The notes beneath the pieces were generated by a model that saw nothing but the letters and a program-made list of their open reading frames with translations, did not search any database and was not told where the DNA came from. Positions 1 to 11,156 of a stretch of DNA of 64,000 nucleotides are shown here, in pieces. A program made the position numbers and the translations under genes. The stretch is from NCBI GenBank assembly GCA_043228905.1, contig JBHGNT010000002.1, positions 18,972,001 to 19,036,000 of the forward strand, given 5' to 3'. Numbering within the stretch: position 1 is the first letter of the stretch; each line of letters starts with the position of its first letter. This stretch comes from Azolla caroliniana (Eukaryota > Plantae > Polypodiophyta).

Positions 1-477
1 GTGTCTTTATAAATTGGCTAAGGAGGCCGACTGTGAATTGAGGTCGGGTCGAGTGATAGTGAGGTAGATTAGGCTTCCGACTAGCTGACGATAAAAAGTC
101 GACTCACACTCTTCTGTGCCGGAATCGGCATCTAGCCTTACATTTAAATTGAGAGGGGTGGCGACAGGCTTACACTCTGTCATCCCAAACTTGAAGAGTA
201 GATTGAGGATATAGTGCCGTTGGGAGATCATGATGCCGTCAGGAGTCTGAATTACTTCTATGCCTAGAAAGTAATGCAACTCCTTCATGTCCTTTATGTC
301 AAATTGGCCGGAGAGTAGCCTTTTAGTGTGTTTGATATCCCCGATGTGCTCTCCTCCAACGACCAAGTCGTCCACATAAATTATGATGAATAGGTGTCCT
401 CTAGAGTTGTTCAGGATGAACAAAGAATTGTCAAACTTGGACATTTTGAAGCCGATTTGGTGAAGATAATGGGTTAT
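1..477 (-). pseudogene. pol: Ty1/Copia RT fragment of the host element (outermost layer), interrupted by element A
   Basis: ORF 7..549 has IIIYVDDL, DMKELHYFLGIEV and YRQLVGSLIYLTITRPDL. The reading resumes beyond the GTTAT TSD at 49016. Confidence 0.9.
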
Positions 478-896
478 TGTTGAGCAAGCAAGCTCAACCG
501 GATCTGGTTCGGTTGAATAAGCCTGAGCATTATCAGTATTCGGAAACAACCAGATGGATCGGGGAGACGGATCGGAGAGCCGGATTCAAGCGGGAACCAG
601 AAGCCTAGTAGTAGCCTAGACTACTAGGCAATCATTGTCTCATAGTTAGTGTCAGTCGCTCGTATGAGCATTTAAGTACCTGTCAGCCTTTATGGACTTG
701 TATAAACAGTGCTATTATAGCACATTGTATGTACAGAGTTTTAGAGTCATTTTGAATCGATGTTTATGTTCTGCTCTCTCTGTCTCTCCTGCGTATTCTC
801 TGTGTATTAAGCTTCTCCATTAAACCTTCATCTCGTTCTCTATTGCTATCCGGCTTAGTCGGTTCTATCTAACGCTTCCGCACATTTACATTTACA
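478..896 (+). repeat. 5' LTR of Copia A
   Basis: TGTTGAG..TTTACA; homologous to 48571-49015; followed by the PBS. Confidence 0.93.
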
Positions 897-908
897 TGGT
901 ATCAAAGC
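897..908 (+). promoter_or_regulatory. PBS (tRNA-iMet) of A
   Basis: TGGTATCAAAGC, one mismatch to TGGTATCAGAGC, directly after the LTR. Confidence 0.85.
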
Positions 909-1002
909 ACGAGGGTTGAGAACCTCTGCAGCTAACGCTTGCTTTCATAGACGAACCCTAGAACCCGACAACAACAGACAGCGAGAAGACATGGACAAAG
1001 GA

Positions 1003-2165
1003 ATGGTGAGTGCACTTCCAACAAAGAAGCTTGACCGCTGCAACTACGCGCCCTAGTCATACAAGATGCACCAGTACCTGTTGGGGCATGGATATTGGAG
1101 CTTTGTGGAAGGAAGGAACGAGGTAGCGCCAGAGCTGGCACACAATGACTTTCCGGTATGGGAGCAAGGAGCGAGCCGAGTATTGTACTACCTCGCGTCC
1201 TGTGTTCACGACCAGATGCTCGGCTACATAGAGGATGCGAAAACGCCGAAGGAGGCCTGGGGAAATCTGAGGAAGATTTTCGCCGCGAGTACCACAGCTC
1301 GTAAGTTGGAGCTCCGACAAGGGCTGAACAACATCCGGCAATGAGACATGTCAGTTATGGACTACACCACCAAGATAAAGGAGATTTGTGACGTGCTCGG
1401 CTCCATCAATGTGACGGTGGATGAAAATGAGATGGTCCAAATCATAGTATGAACTATACGAACCATACGTGCATTCGCATTCGTGAATGGTTCAATCATT
1501 CGTGTAAGAAAAACACCCTCAAAGAATGATAAATACCATACTTTTGGATTAACTATTTATATGAGGTAAATAAGCCTATAAAATGGAAAAAAACAAAAAA
1601 AATCATTCAAAAAATGGGAAAAAAGAAAAAAGAAAACACAAGAATGTTTGAATAACATTTGCATTTGTTTTCCAACATAGGAAAACGAATGTTATGCTAG
1701 ACGAACATGAATTTTACGTACTATGGTCCAAATCTGCCTCGATGGTCTAGCGCAAAGGTACGGGCCAATCCGGACGGCGATCTGCACCCGAGAGAAGCCA
1801 CCGTCCTTCTTCGACTTACAATCAATGTTGATGGTCGAAGAAAACCACGTGAGCGGGTCGAGGACCACTCAATTAGACAACCGGATGTTGTACACGGAGT
1901 CGGATCTACCCCGTGGACGTGGAGGACGAGGTGGGTCGGCACGCAATGGAGACGACTGGCTAGAGCAAGACCGAAGGCACAGAGGTAGTGTCGACAACAG
2001 TTATGGACCCTCCACAAGCAGGGGGAGTCAAAGCGGCGCCGGAAGCCGGCAAGGAAAAGCCGACACGGAATGTTGGTATTGTGGCAAAAAGGGCCATAGG
2101 GAAAGCGGGTACTGGAAGAAGCTTCGGACAAATCCGGATCCAGCAAATCCGGTCGGGAAAACCGG
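1003..2165 (+). pseudogene. gag: Copia gag of A (UBN2-type gag, RG-rich stretch, zinc knuckle), split by the MITE
   Basis: ORFs 1066..1344 and 1723..2283 (CWYCGKKGHRES); collinear with the gag at 52570..53340. Confidence 0.88.
1443..1725. mobile_element. Non-autonomous hAT-like DNA transposon (MITE), 283 bp
   Basis: AT-rich insert with TIR CATAGTA..TACTATG and 8-bp TSD GTCCAAAT (1435-1442, 1726-1733). Removing it restores gag MVQIC. Confidence 0.8.
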
Positions 2166-2887
2166 TGTCGTGCCTTTCGGCTCCGGATCGTTGCGTGAGT
2201 CGGGTGGGAACCGCCGAGGTTTTGGACTAGGAGGAAGAAAAATACAAATAAGGCTAGTAAAGAATAGGTTTAAAGAGTTATAAGATAAGAATCTTGTGAA
2301 TCCCACGAGTTTAGTATATTTAGTCAATATTTAGGTAGTAAGAGAGAATTATTTTAGCAAATTCGTGAATCCCACGAATATTTTAGATTGATTGATCATT
2401 ATAGAAAAATAATCAACAAAAACTACAATGTGCTCCCCATCCTTATATAGTGATGGGAGAGACTAAGCATAGCTACATGCTTTTTTTCTAATATGTTCAT
2501 GTACACTAAATGTACATGTGATGCTTTTCTAATCCTTGCTTTTATTTGCTAAATATAGTGCTCATGCACGCTAGATGTGCATGAGTCACTTTTTAGTTGC
2601 TTGCGTTTTTCTATAAAATATTCACGCACTCTAAAAATGCATGATTTACCTTTTAATAAAGGTAGGCACAAATAAAGCATTTATAGTTATTAAATCTATT
2701 TATAGAACACTAAAGATAAGGTAGCATAATGGTAAAGTTGAGGTTTGGTAGTGTGGAGGTATAAGGTTTGAATCTTGCCTTATGCATGTGATAAATATTT
2801 TGATATTTTATTTATTTATTTATATGTATCTAAAATCGGATATATTATTTTATGGTTTTCACGTAGTGTGTGGAATACACTACAACA
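2166..2887 (-). repeat. Solo LTR of the Gypsy C family
   Basis: TGTCGTG..TACAACA; homologous to 4443-5167; flanked by CCGG on both sides. Confidence 0.88.
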
Positions 2888-3639
2888 CCGGCAAAGCTCG
2901 CACTATGTGGAAGGATCAGAAGGATTCGGGACCGGTAAAGGGCCAACCTTCGTGATGAAGCACAAGGCTAACTCGATGAAGAAGACTACTTCCAAATCAG
3001 AGGAAGTATGATATGTTAATTCCGAAGCGTCCAATCACATGACAAGCCATGAAGAGTGGTTCTCTTTTTTGGAAAAACCGGAACAATTGGGGATTGTCGA
3101 AACCGGAGACGACCCCCTCACCCGATTGTGCATGTCGGAGAAGTCCCTTTAAGCCATGTCGGACAAAAGGGGAAGCTAATGAATGTACTACATGTATCGA
3201 CTATCACAAAGAACCTGTTATCGGTCGGACAAATCGTCGACTAGGGAATGCAGGTGCGGTTTACGCACCTCGAGTGCTTCATCGAGGAAGAAGGCCGGAT
3301 AATCGCGCAAGGGCGCAGGGAAGGCAGGATGTTCATCCTCAACACCAATGACGTTGGTACCGCCATGTTTGCCAAAGGGTAGAAGGTCGAGTTAGACATC
3401 GACCTGTGGCACAAGTGGATCGACCACGTCAATTACCGGAGGCTTCAAGACCTGCAATCGAAACAAGTTGTGTTCGGATTGCTGAAATTCAGTGGACGGT
3501 AGGCCCGAATATGTGAAGCCTAACAACTCGGGAAGCAACACCGGCTTCCATTCCCCATCGAACGAAACCAGAGCTGTAACAAGCTTGACCTAATCCATTT
3601 GGATGTACGGGGACCGACACATAATGTTAGTCTTGATGG
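2888..3639 (+). pseudogene. pol: A pol: protease, GAG-pre-integrase and start of integrase (stops and frameshifts)
   Basis: YVNSEASNHMT, LHVSTITKNLLSVGQI and DLWHKWIDHVN; collinear with 53530-54220. Confidence 0.85.
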
Positions 3640-4090
3640 TGTCATGATATGGCAAGACTCGAACCCATGACCTTATGTTATATGGGTCGAGCTCTTGACT
3701 ATTATACTATCTATTGTAATACGTTAGATATTATTTTCATTTAAGTTTTATTATAGGAAATTAATGTATATTCCAAATTTCTCTAGAACATTCTAGAAGT
3801 TTCAGGACTCTTCCTGAGAACACTATAAAAGGAGGCACAAGGCATTATGTTGAACCAAATTGGTTTAACGTCAGTTTTAAGCCTCATAGCCATTTTGTAC
3901 TTACTCTTCATATAATATATCATCTATTATCATCATCTCTCTCTCTCTCTCTCTCGTCCTCGCTCTCTCTCTCTCTCTCCTCTTCTCTCTCCCTCTCTTG
4001 GGAGTCTTACGTAGTCTTGTCCTCTTAGTACTAATAGTACTTCCCTTCTCCAGTACTAATTCTCTCTCTGTTTTAGTACTATTCCTGACA
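3640..4090 (+). repeat. 5' LTR of B with TATAAAA at 3824 and a (CT)n tract
   Basis: Homologous to 21377-21839. Confidence 0.92.
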
Positions 4091-4442
4091 GTTTGAACCA
4101 ATTTTCCTCTAGTCTTCTTTTCGGTTTCCCTCATCCTCTTACCCCTTTTTTCCAATACTATGGCTACTGTTAGCGCCCAAGAATATCAAATCGTTTTCTC
4201 CGAGCTACAGGGTCTAAAAGAAAATTTTGTTGCCTTGGAACAAGAAAACCAACGATTGTTAGGGGATTTTCAACAAATCGCTCTAGAAAAACAGCAAACG
4301 CAGCAACAACAACATGGGGAGTTAGCATTACGTGTACAACAACTCGAAGCAACCATCGTAGCGTTGCAACAACAAGGATCAAGTCCCCAAGGATTTCATA
4401 AAGAGCCCAAGATTGGACTTCCTGTGAAATTCGATGGAACGT

Positions 4443-5167
4443 TGTCGTGCCTTTCGGCTCCGGATTGTTACGTGAGTCGGGCGGGAACCACTGAGGTTTT
4501 GGACTAGGAGAAAAGAAAATTCTAAGGCAATTAAGAATATGAAATATATTGTAAGAAAGAAAGATATGAAAAACTCGTGAATCCCACGAGTATAGTGTAT
4601 TAGTGAGTACTCAGATTAAGAGAGAAAAATAGTTAGCAAATTCATAAATCCCACGAATATATTATATTAATCAATCATTGTAAAATAACCAACAACCTTA
4701 TACATATTTCTCTCCTCCTTATATAAGGATGGGAGAGGCTAAGCATGTCTTCCTGCTTTCCCTAAAAGTGCTCATGCACACTAAATGTGCATGTGATGCT
4801 TTTTTTTAACCTTTTATTTGCTAAATATAGTGCTCATGCACGTTAGATGTGCATGAGTAATATTTTATTGGTTTACATTTTTCTTATAAATAAAATATTC
4901 ACGTACTCTAAAAATGCATGACTTACCTTTTTAATAAAGGTAGGCGTAAATAAGGTCTTATAGGTATTAAATCTATATTTAGAATGCTAAGGATAAGTTA
5001 GTACAATGGTAAGGTTGGGGTTTGTCTACGTGGAGGTACAGGGTTTGAATCATGCCCTATGCATGTAATAAATATATTTTTAATATTTTATTTTATTTAT
5101 TATACGTACTTTAAATCGGATATAGTATATTACATATTTCACATAGTGTGTGATTCATACTACGACA
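4443..5167 (-). repeat. 3' LTR of C
   Basis: TGTCGTG..TACGACA; homologous to 2166-2887 and 10075-11296. Confidence 0.88.
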
Positions 5168-5223
5168 CTCGCCCCCTCCGAACCTGCTCATCCTCCGATA
5201 TGTGCCGAAGTCCCCGATGCTTG

Positions 5224-8200
5224 CTATTCACCTTCATTTGAAGCTTCCTCCGATTCTCCCCTTAAGTCGACTATGAGTTGTAATCCACTTTCTTCGCTTT
5301 CCGCATCACCGCGATCTTCGTCTGATTGCTCCTCCTTGTCGGTCTTGTCTAGGATCACATAGGGTTCTTCATCAGTCCGCTTCTTGAAAATCTTCACCCG
5401 TTTCTTGGCTATAGGCAGTCGTAGCATCGTTCCATCCAACTCGCATAGTAGGTAAGTTCCATTGTCGAAAACTTTCCGAACCTCGTATGGCCCGAACCAC
5501 CTTTTCGCGAACTTCCGCATCGTTGTATGCTGATGATCCAAACTACTGTCGTAGACAATCACCCAATCTCCTTCTTCAATCTTCCGCGGTCATAGTCGGT
5601 GCTTTGTGTCGAACCGGCTTTTATCCCGAAATCACGCTTCTTGTTGTCAGCGTATTGCTTTTGCTATGTCTTCTGGTCTTCCCTCTAGTTGTCGTATCCG
5701 GACAGCTAATAGTTCTTCCCGGCTCATCTCTTCCTTCCACGGTAGCACTGTCCATGTCGCGATCGCGGTTTCTGTTGGCATTACCGGTGCTTGTCCGGTC
5801 ATGAGTTCTGCCCGCATGTAACCGGGTACGGATCTATGCGTCGTCCAATCCGCCCATAGTGCATATGGAAGCATCTGCGGCCAATCCTTCACCCTTCCAT
5901 CGCATGCCTTCGCAAGTGCTTTGACAATCGGACTCTGTCCTCGTTTGATCTTCATGTTGGCTCCCGGATTGTATGTTGTTGTCAGTGTTAACCGAGCTCC
6001 ATGTTTGGCAAAGAATCCCCAATCTTTGTCAGAGTCAAGTTCTCCCCGATCCGCAATCACTTGTCCTACGCACCCGTACATGCAAAACACCACCTCCAAA
6101 AGAAATTGGCATACCACAGAACACGTTTTCCTTCGTAGTGCTCGACCTTCTACTTGGTTTGTGAGATCTTCCCGAGCTAACACCAAGTACTTCTTTTGTC
6201 CGATCTCGGTTGGCATGGCTACAATGTCGACCATCCACTTGAAGTTGATTGTCGGTGAAAATGTCGGATGTAATTCATCTCGGTGTCAAATCCCGGAGTA
6301 GACTTGACACTTCTCACAGCTTCCCGTGAACTCCGCTACATCTTTGTACATATTCTTCCACCAATATTTTTGTTTGATTTTCACAAAAGTTGCCCATGTT
6401 CCTCGATGTCCAGCCCAATCGGATTCATGAAAGTCGGATATTATCCGGTTTTGTTGCTCTTTCATCCAGACTACCCGAAGTGGTATTCCATCCGGTCTTT
6501 TCGGCTCCCTCCATATTAATCCATTTTTCAAGAAGAACTTTCGGACTTGTCGCTTCTCCTTCAACTTCTCGAATGTACGTCCCGGGACGTCCCACCAGTA
6601 CTTCTCCTTCAGCTTCTCGAATGTGGCCCACGTTCCGCGGTGCCCGGCCCAGGGACTCTCGTGAAATGCTGCCAGTAATTCCTCCTGTTCTTCTTTCTTT
6701 GCCACTACTCGAAGCGGGATGTCGTTTCTTTTCTTTGGATGCCTCCATATGCACCTGTCCCGTAGGAAGAATCGGTATGCCTTCTTCCGTACCCGGCTCG
6801 CCTCTTCACTTGTCCACGCTGCGTCCGGTGTCATCGCCTGTAGGAACCTCCCGATTCGGAGCCACTCCCCGTCGTACCTACTTTCGTCGAATTCGTTAAG
6901 CGTCGGAGTGTCCCCTTCCCTCGTCGTCACGTTAGCCGACCCGAAGAAGTCCTCGCCGACTTCTTCATCATCCGAAACCATGCCGTCTTCGTCGTTGAAC
7001 CTCGCTCTTGAAAGCATGTCGGCCATGGCGTTATCCTTTCTGGAGATGTGTCGTATCTCTAGGTTCAGGGACTTAATGTACGCTATCCACTAGAGCATTG
7101 CTAGGTCCGGCGTCGTGCATCTGGAAACCATGCCGAGTATCGACAGGCAGTCCATCTCGATTATTACCTCCGTCCCGATCAGGTAGTCCCTGTCGGCCTT
7201 GACTACCGAAACGATACCCCATAGTTCGCGCTTGACTTGGGCATATCCTCGGTGCCGCTCGCTCAATACCTTCACCCCGAACCGGATCGGGAACCATACG
7301 CCATCCTCGTCCTCCTGGTTGATCACCCACCCGATCCCGGTCGGGCTCGTGTCCATTGTCACGTAGATGGGGACTTCCTTGTCGTAAACCACTTTACGGA
7401 GAGCTGGCGCTACCATAAGCGCCTCCTTTACTCTCCGGACTGACTCCGGACCGACTCCGTGTGCTCCATCATCCACTCAAAGCTACGCCCCCTTTTCAAT
7501 AGTCCGTAGAGGGGTTCCACGACATGTGTGTAGTGCGGGATCCAGATGTGGTAGAACCAATGCACGTCCCGACTCTCTTTTCTTTATCGTTCGTTGATAC
7601 CTCGATCTCTTGTAGCATCTTCCCGATCGTCAAGCTTTCTCCCTCATATTCTTCTTCTCGGAATTCTCGGATTACGTTTGCTCGGCATATGTGCTCTGAA
7701 GCAAAGTAGTCTTCAGAAACTTCTTCATTATTGGATTCGGCTATGTCGTCTCCGAACTGAGCTCTTGATAGCATATCCGCTACCGCTTTGTCTTTTTTGG
7801 AGATGTGTCGTACGTCCGGGTTAAGCAACTTAACATATGCAATCCATCTTAGCATAGCCACATCCGGTATCGTGCAACACCGCATCATCCCGAGTATCGA
7901 AAGACAATCCGTTTTGATCACTACTTCGGCTCTGATCAAATAATCTCGATTCGATTCGATTGCCGACACGACTCCCTATAATTCTCTTTTGACTTGTGCA
8001 TACTCGTGTCGCCTTTCGTTGAGAAACTTTGCTCCGAATCAAATCGGATATCGCGAACCATCCGGATCGGCTTGATTGATGACCCATCCGATTCCGGTTG
8101 GACTTGTGTCAACCGTTACTATGATCGGTCGGTCATAGTTTGGCTTCTTTAGTGCTTTTGCCCTTCGTAGTGATTTCTTGAGCTTCTTCACAGCTTTGGT

Positions 8201-9124
8201 ATGCTCCGGTTTGCATTCGAACTTCTTACCCTTTCGCAACAAGTGATAGAGTGGGTCTGCAATATGTGCATAGTGCGGAATCCATATGCGGTAGAATGCA
8301 CACGCTTCGAGAAACCTTCGGACTTCGAATTGTGACTCGCAGATTTCTTTCATAGCTTGAATCGCATCGATCTTGGTCGGTGACGGTCTTCGGCCGTAGG
8401 GCCCACATAGATGTCCGACTACCAATATCTCTTCTTGCCCGAATGTTGATTTCTCCTCGGAAAGTGTTAGGTGCACATCTTCTAACTTTCGAAGCACTTT
8501 CTCGCAATCGCGAATATGGTCGACTACGAACTTTCGGCATCCTCGATCATCCATAATTTCATCTTTTTCTTCTACCGCGCATCCTTTCGGCATTGTCTCA
8601 TCCATGAAGACATGTCCGATATCCACGGACTTCCAAAGTGTCGGATCTCCCGAGACTTCTTTCCTCTTTTGTTCGCTATTGGCGGGTAGTGGTCCCGCGG
8701 CCGGTTTCACCTTCTTCTCCACGGTCTTGTATTTCGTACTTACCATTGCTTCTTCTTTGTGGAGCGCATCTAACCCCATTTTTGCAATGATCTCGTACAT
8801 CTCGACCGATTCCACTGGAATTACCCGGTTTCCCTGGCTTGTATCTTCTGCGAGCTCTTCAAGCCGTTGTAGCATGCTCCCATAGAACACTTCTTCGACT
8901 ATTCCCACGATTTCTTCGTCTTCTTTTATTATTGATGCCGCCCGTAACTTATCCTCCACTTTTCGGTATTCTTTCTTCATTCCTCCAGTTACGGCCGTGT
9001 ACGTGGATGCCCCATCCGGACCGATTCGTACTTGTTTTGCTTTGAGAGTTTTCTTCCTGTGTGGGGTATCAGGGCTTCTCGGACTATCACTTCCCCACTC
9101 CGCAACAATCCACTCTAAAAATCC
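5224..9124 (-). pseudogene. pol: C pol ORF2: RT (core deleted), RNase H, integrase
   Basis: ORFs 8039..8980, 7496..7969, 7090..7476, 6286..7026, 5647..6234 and 5224..5562 (TVDTSPTGIGW, GHRGTWATF, IADRGE, FGPYEV). Confidence 0.87.
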
Positions 9125-10074
9125 ATTCTTGTTTGGGACAAGAGCTCTCTCTTGTTCCTTTCATGATTTTCCGGCACCGTTAGGAATTGGACGGATTTCC
9201 CTCCGTTTTGGCTCTGAATTCGTGCAAAAGCCGCACTGCTATCGAGCACCTTCGTCTCCATCCGTGAAGCCGTGATAAAGGGTTGCCCGAGGATCACGGA
9301 GTGTGAGACCTCGTCTTGTACGAAGAAAATTTGGTCGATCTCGACATCCCCAATCTTCATCGTCACATCCGGACAAGCCGCAAATAGATCTTCCATTGCT
9401 TTAGTGGCCGCCCGGATCTTCCATCCATGATTGGTGTTAATAGGCCACTTCCCCTTTCGGTAGAACTCCTTAGACATCAAATTGATCTCCGATCCGTGAT
9501 CAATCAATGCTAGCACGGGCTCTTTGATGTTGCCGATTCGGACCGGAGTCTTGGTAGTTGCACGCGCCTGGTGTGGCTTTGTATAGTGGGAATTCAGAAT
9601 CTCATCCTCCACTTTGGTGTCATTCATCGGAACGGTATTTGCATTCACCATCGATGCATTTTCCTCCGTAGTTTGTCTTTTCCTTTTCACGAGATACACA
9701 AGAAGATCATTGAACTCCTTTGTTGCTATTCCGAGTAGTTCCCGAAGCGAAAAATCTACCCGGTTGTCGAGGATTCTCTCCTCGAACACCTTCTTTATGT
9801 CCGTTCGTTGCTCGATGTCCGAAGCGTGTTTGAATGTCGGAATTGTTTTTCTTTTCCCTCTTCTGTCGGAGTTCCAGCTCTCCGGTGTCTTCGATGGTCC
9901 GGCCGCATCCTCCGTGCGTCGTCACTTCTCGTCCACATACACCTCATGTAATTGACATAGGACGCTATTCTTATCGACGGGGCACTCCCATCCCGTAGCT
10001 TCCTAGATGCCTTCCGCGGTGCTTCGGATCTCGTTGGAGTCGGTTTTCTTAGTGTTTTCTAGCACTTTCGGCCA
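9115..10074 (-). pseudogene. C gag C-terminus and aspartic protease
   Basis: ORF 9115..9789 with ALIDHGSEINLM, ending in MDF-stop. Confidence 0.85.
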
Positions 10075-10431
10075 GTAAAATAATCAATAACCTTATACAT
10101 ATTTCTCTTCTCATTATATAAGGATGGGAGAGGCTAAGCATGACTTCCTGCTTTCCCTAAAAGTGTTCATGCACACTAAATGTGCATGTGATGCTTTTTT
10201 TTAACCTTGCTTTTATTTGCTAAATATAGTGCTCATGCACGCTAGATGTGCATGAGTTATATTTTACTGGTTTACATTTTTCTTATAAATAAAATATTCA
10301 CGTACTCTAAAAATGCATGACTTACCTTTTTAATAAAGGTAGGCGTAAATAAAGGTCTTATAGGTATTAAATCTATATTTAGAACACTAAGGATAAGTTA
10401 GTACAATGGTAAGGTTGGGGTTTGTCTACGT

Positions 10432-11156
10432 TTTCGTAGTGTATTCCGTACACTACGTGAAAAACTTATAAAGTACCGATTTAATAAATATGAATAAATA
10501 GTAGAAAATATTAAAATATATGTAATGTGCATAGGGCAAGATTCAAACCTTGCACCTCCATGTTAATAATGTGAAACCTTACCATTACACTAGCATTTCA
10601 TTAGTGTTAAAAAGTAGATGTCCCACATAGAAAGCTAAGTTCACCTAGGATAAACTTTAGTTAAAAGAAAACGCATGCTACCACTAGCGTGTATGAACGC
10701 TATAGTTTATAAAAGAAACGCACAAGTTAGAAAAAGCATGATCACTTTAGATAAAACATATAGTCTATCTATAGAAAAAGCATGGAGTCTATAGTTAGAG
10801 AAAATGCATGGGTTGGAAAAGACTCTCTCATCTCTATATAAGGATGAGGAGCACAATGTAATGTGTGTGAAAAATATTTGGAAACTGGATATGTTTCTAA
10901 AAAACACCAATTAATAAACTATACTCGTGGGATTCACGAGGATTCTATATCATTCCCTTTCAACCCAAATTTATATTCTTACATTTATATTGATTAATCT
11001 AATATAATACACTCGTGGGATTCACGAGTTTGCTATAACTCTTTCTTACAACATATTTATATTCTTATTAGCCTTAAAACTCTCCTCTTCCTAGTCCAAA
11101 ACCCCAGCGGTTCCCACCCGACTCACGCAAATGATCTGACGCCGAAAGGCACGACA
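10432..11156 (+). repeat. Solo LTR of the C family, inserted in opposite orientation into C's own 5' LTR
   Basis: T(T)TCGTAG..GCACGACA is the reverse complement of the family LTR. TSD ACGT at 10428-10431 and 11157-11160. Confidence 0.87.

Noticed and set aside
7-549. N-termini of ORF 7..549 and similar junction ORFs (1723..2283, 4160..4507, 42006..42320)
   Set aside because: Chimeric read-through across insertion boundaries into LTR sequence.
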